Positions 25,318 through 27,580 of a stretch of 27,580 nt of DNA are shown one piece after another. Source of the DNA: a virus. Its lineage: Duplodnaviria > Caudoviricetes. The stretch lies in the IMG/VR virus record IMGVR_UViG_3300020727_000067, positions 1 to 27,580 of that record, one strand, 5' to 3'. The notes under the pieces are model-generated. The model did not search any database. It was not told the DNA's origin and worked only from the letters and a program-made list of their open reading frames with translations. The translations under genes were made by a program, and so were the position numbers. Position 1 is the stretch's first letter; every line of letters begins with the position of its first letter.

Positions 25318-25392
25318 TGGTGCTCCGTAACAGAATCGAACTGTTGACCGCGGGTTACGAATCCGCTGTTTTACCACTAGAACTAACAGAGC
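25318..25392 (-). tRNA. tRNA-Thr(CGT)
   Basis: GCGGA-TTCGTAA-CCCGC, cloverleaf, CCA. Confidence 0.88.
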
Positions 25393-25393
25393 A

Positions 25394-25481
25394 TGGTGCG
25401 GGCTACCGGACTCGAACCGGTACGGAACTAAATCCACGAGATTTTAAGTCTCGCGCGGCTTACCAATTTCGCCACGCCCGC
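25394..25481 (-). tRNA. tRNA-Leu(TAA)
   Basis: CGAGA-CTTAAAA-TCTCG, long variable arm, CCA. Confidence 0.92.
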
Positions 25482-25498
25482 ATGTACTCATATTTATT

Positions 25499-25534
25499 TG
25501 GCGGAAGCGGTGAGATTCGAACTCACGGATCTCA
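25499..25534 (-). pseudogene. 3' remnant of a split tRNA-Ser
   Basis: GTGAG-TTCGAAT-CTCAC-CGCTTCC-G-CCA; the acceptor strand pairs 7/7 with GGAAGCG at 26324-26330. Confidence 0.85.
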
Positions 25535-25543
25535 CAAAGTATA

Positions 25544-25629
25544 TGGCGGAGTGTGATAGCATCGAACTATATACCTGAAGGTATCTACTGCTTTCGAAAC
25601 AGCGTGAGGAGCCAACCTCAGCACACTCC
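25544..25629 (-). tRNA. Non-canonical 8/4 tRNA-Ser(CGA)
   Basis: 8-bp acceptor GGAGTGTG/CACACTCC, 4-bp T stem ATAG/CTAT, D stem TGAGG/CCTCA, loop TT-CGA-AA, variable arm ATACC-TTCA-GGTAT, G73, CCA. Confidence 0.85.
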
Positions 25630-25631
25630 GT

Positions 25632-26270
25632 CTAGTCATAAAGATTAATAAATTGTTTCCCATAGTTAGTAGTGACATAATCCAATATAGGTCTCATTTC
25701 TTTTTCATAAAGAACGATAATATCAGGATTTTGTGATAGTTTTGCTTCCCATTGGGGTGTGATCCATCCCTTAATTTCTACTAATTTAGAATCAACAATA
25801 AAATCTGGTGTATAACTTTTGATTTGATCTTCAAAGATATATGATCGTTTTTCAGTGTTTCTTTTAATGTCAATTTTGTGATCTAAACAATATATCACAT
25901 AAGCAAGTTCCCAGCTACTATCGCACCAAAATCCTTTATATCGACCAGATTTACCTCGGCCACTACCGCGTTTATAACCACCATTTCCTTGGGTTTTCGC
26001 CCAAATACTTCGTTGCTTTCGTTCTTTATCTGTCCATAATCGTCCCGGCCTGCCTATTTTTGATATAGATAAAGATTCAGCGCCTTTTAATACCCTTCTA
26101 TCGGAATCTTTAGTCAATCCCTTATTCCAAGGTATTACTCCCTTTTTAGCACCGGCGTTTGGTGATATTTTTCGTTGCACACGCGAGGGATTTAATTTGC
26201 AATATGGCCAATGACCACCTAGTGCACCACTATTACTGAACGTTCTATTACAAAATTTACATAGTATCAT
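25632..26270 (-). mobile_element. PD-(D/E)XK (TnsA-like) endonuclease with N-terminal Zn finger
   Basis: CKFC...H...C; DSSWE, YTPDF, VEIKG; start at MILCKFC just after TATAAATA (26276-26283). Confidence 0.8.
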
Positions 26271-26291
26271 GCAGGTATTTATACAAAATAA

Positions 26292-26330
26292 TCGAATGCA
26301 GTGCAATCAGCCGGGCTCTGCCACGCTTCC
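26292..26330 (-). pseudogene. 5' remnant of a split canonical tRNA-Ser(CGA)
   Basis: GGAAGCG-TG-GCAGAGCCCGGCTGATTGC-A-CTGCA-TT-CGA, then AT-rich non-tRNA sequence. Confidence 0.85.
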
Positions 26331-26336
26331 TAAATT

Positions 26337-26422
26337 TGGTGCCCAGGACTGGACTCGAACCAGCACGGACGTTAGTCCACTAGCCCCTCAAGCTAGCGCG
26401 GCTACCATTACACCACCTGGGC
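26337..26422 (-). tRNA. tRNA-Leu(GAG)
   Basis: CTAGC-TTGAGGG-GCTAG, long variable arm, CCA. Confidence 0.92.
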
Positions 26423-26424
26423 AA

Positions 26425-26871
26425 TTAAGTAAGTAAATATTTTAGGGCCTTTGCATCCCACCAGGCATTGTGTTGCACAGCACCATCTAGCGTAGTAGGA
26501 TATGCGTTAACACGAACCATGTGGAACGTTACCTGCGGAATGTTAATCATCATTCCTGGACCAGTTATGATAGCTTGACAAAAATAACGAATGTCATCGG
26601 GCCAATCCGTAATGATAACCGGAGCAGGATCTCCTGCAAGGAACTGCGCAATTTGCCTTGCGCCTGATTCCTGATCAACAGTGTATGCCATTCCTGGCAA
26701 TGGGTTAGGTATGTTCCAGATAATCGGAACTACATTTTCTTTGACCCATGGACCGTATTCTTCAAGTTCGGGATAGACTAGATAAATGCTTTCATTGTCC
26801 TCGCTTACAAGCGCAAGACTAATTAGGTCTCCGCCAAACTCGTTGAATTCGCAATCTAAATAATACTGCAC
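26425..26871 (-). CDS. DEDD-family 3'-5' exoribonuclease-like protein
   Basis: YLDCEF, LISLALV, TDWPDD, HNAWWDA. Confidence 0.75.
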   Translation of the reverse strand: MQYYLDCEFNEFGGDLISLALVSEDNESIYLVYPELEEYGPWVKENVVPIIWNIPNPLPGMAYTVDQESGARQIAQFLAGDPAPVIITDWPDDIRYFCQAIITGPGMMINIPQVTFHMVRVNAYPTTLDGAVQHNAWWDAKALKYLLT

Positions 26872-26887
26872 TAATAAATCCTTAAAA

Positions 26888-26977
26888 TGGCGGAGTCGGA
26901 GGGATTCGAACCCTCGGTACCCTTACAGGCACAACACCTTTCCAGGGTGTCACAATCGGCCACTCTGTCACGACTCC
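26888..26977 (-). tRNA. tRNA-Ser(GGA)
   Basis: ACACC-CTGGAAA-GGTGT, long variable arm, G73, CCA. Confidence 0.95.
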
Positions 26978-26978
26978 A

Positions 26979-27329
26979 TTAATCTTGTACAATTATAACA
27001 CGCTTTGTCTTTTTACGCAACCAGAATTCACCGGGTGCAATTGGTTTGTGCCAACCATTCTTTTTAGCTTCTGATACACTTTCAAAAAGTCCAAATTTGA
27101 CTAGAATATAAGAAATCATATTTTCATGATTTTCAAGTTTGCCTGTCGTTTCCCATAGGCCTCGAACATTTCGTCTGAGTTCTCGCGTTTCAATTACAAA
27201 AACATCAGCAAACGGTACAGGCTTGCCATCTTCTGTAAAAGATTCCCACCATCCACAATCTACGGCAAACTGTTGAAACTCAAGATTTTTTGCTCGAAGT
27301 CTTGCCATAAAATCTTCATGCGTTTCCAC
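26979..27329 (-). CDS. Hypothetical protein
   Basis: 116 aa, SD AGGAG, GTG start. Confidence 0.75.
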   Translation of the reverse strand: METHEDFMARLRAKNLEFQQFAVDCGWWESFTEDGKPVPFADVFVIETRELRRNVRGLWETTGKLENHENMISYILVKFGLFESVSEAKKNGWHKPIAPGEFWLRKKTKRVIIVQD

Positions 27330-27351
27330 AACGATTCTCCTTTAAAAAGAA

Positions 27352-27580
27352 TTAGTAACCTTCCCAGGGTTGAACCTTGCCGTATGGATTTTTGATTCCG
27401 TACTCTTTGAAATCATAATCACAAAGAGCACGGTCTCTATTACGTTTGCCTGCGCCGCTGTTCTTCTTGGCAGGAGCATTTGCACACCAACCTGCACGAG
27501 CATGAGTTTGACCAGGAATAGGAAGACCAAGTGCTTCCGCGTGGCGAATTTCCTTCAAACGACGGCTTCGCCACTCATTA
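27352..27580 (-). CDS. Hypothetical protein, 5' end probably outside the window
   Basis: Frame stays open upstream of the track's TTG start (NEWRSRRLKEIRHAEAL...). Confidence 0.6.
   Translation of the reverse strand, partial: NEWRSRRLKEIRHAEALGLPIPGQTHARAGWCANAPAKKNSGAGKRNRDRALCDYDFKEYGIKNPYGKVQPWEGY

Noticed and set aside
21633-25556. Plus-strand ORFs 21633-21848 and 25317-25556
   Set aside because: Antisense translations of tRNA genes
25535-26291. Intron in the split tRNA-Ser
   Set aside because: No ribozyme core; joining the halves would not restore the anticodon stem or variable arm

Overview
This window is from a large T4-like/jumbo bacteriophage genome: densely packed, mostly minus-strand genes, many near-consensus sigma70 promoters (TTGACN-17-TATAAT) and T4-type late boxes (TATAAATA). 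From left to right it holds phage hypotheticals, a DEDDh exonuclease, dCMP deaminase, a RimK-like ligase, and a nucleotide-sugar/heptose cluster (HldA-like kinase, HldC-like nucleotidyltransferase, cupin, two glycosyltransferases). Next is an RNA/tRNA repair region (Pnk-like kinase, Rnl1-like ligase, metallophosphoesterase, TROVE/Ro60-like vWA protein, Pth2), followed by a tRNA cluster. Five free-standing endonucleases are present (2 GIY-YIG, 1 HNH, 2 PD-(D/E)XK). Main observations: (1) A family of small structured elements around the Ro60-like gene shares a 6-7-bp closing stem plus a TWWCRGCAA tag but carries different cargo: a tRNA D/T-arm mimic, an isolated Thr(UGU) anticodon arm, or nothing (the gene's own 5' UTR). 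This is a candidate new Ro/Y-RNA-like system. (2) Two endonucleases appear to have split their target genes (pth2; tRNA-Ser(CGA)) and brought a recoded replacement, one being an 8/4 non-canonical tRNA. (3) An ORF-less group I intron sits in a CAU tRNA overlapped by an endonuclease ORF. (4) A covarying structured leader is shared by unrelated GIY-YIG and HNH genes. All calls were made by eye from motifs; no database search or folding program was run.
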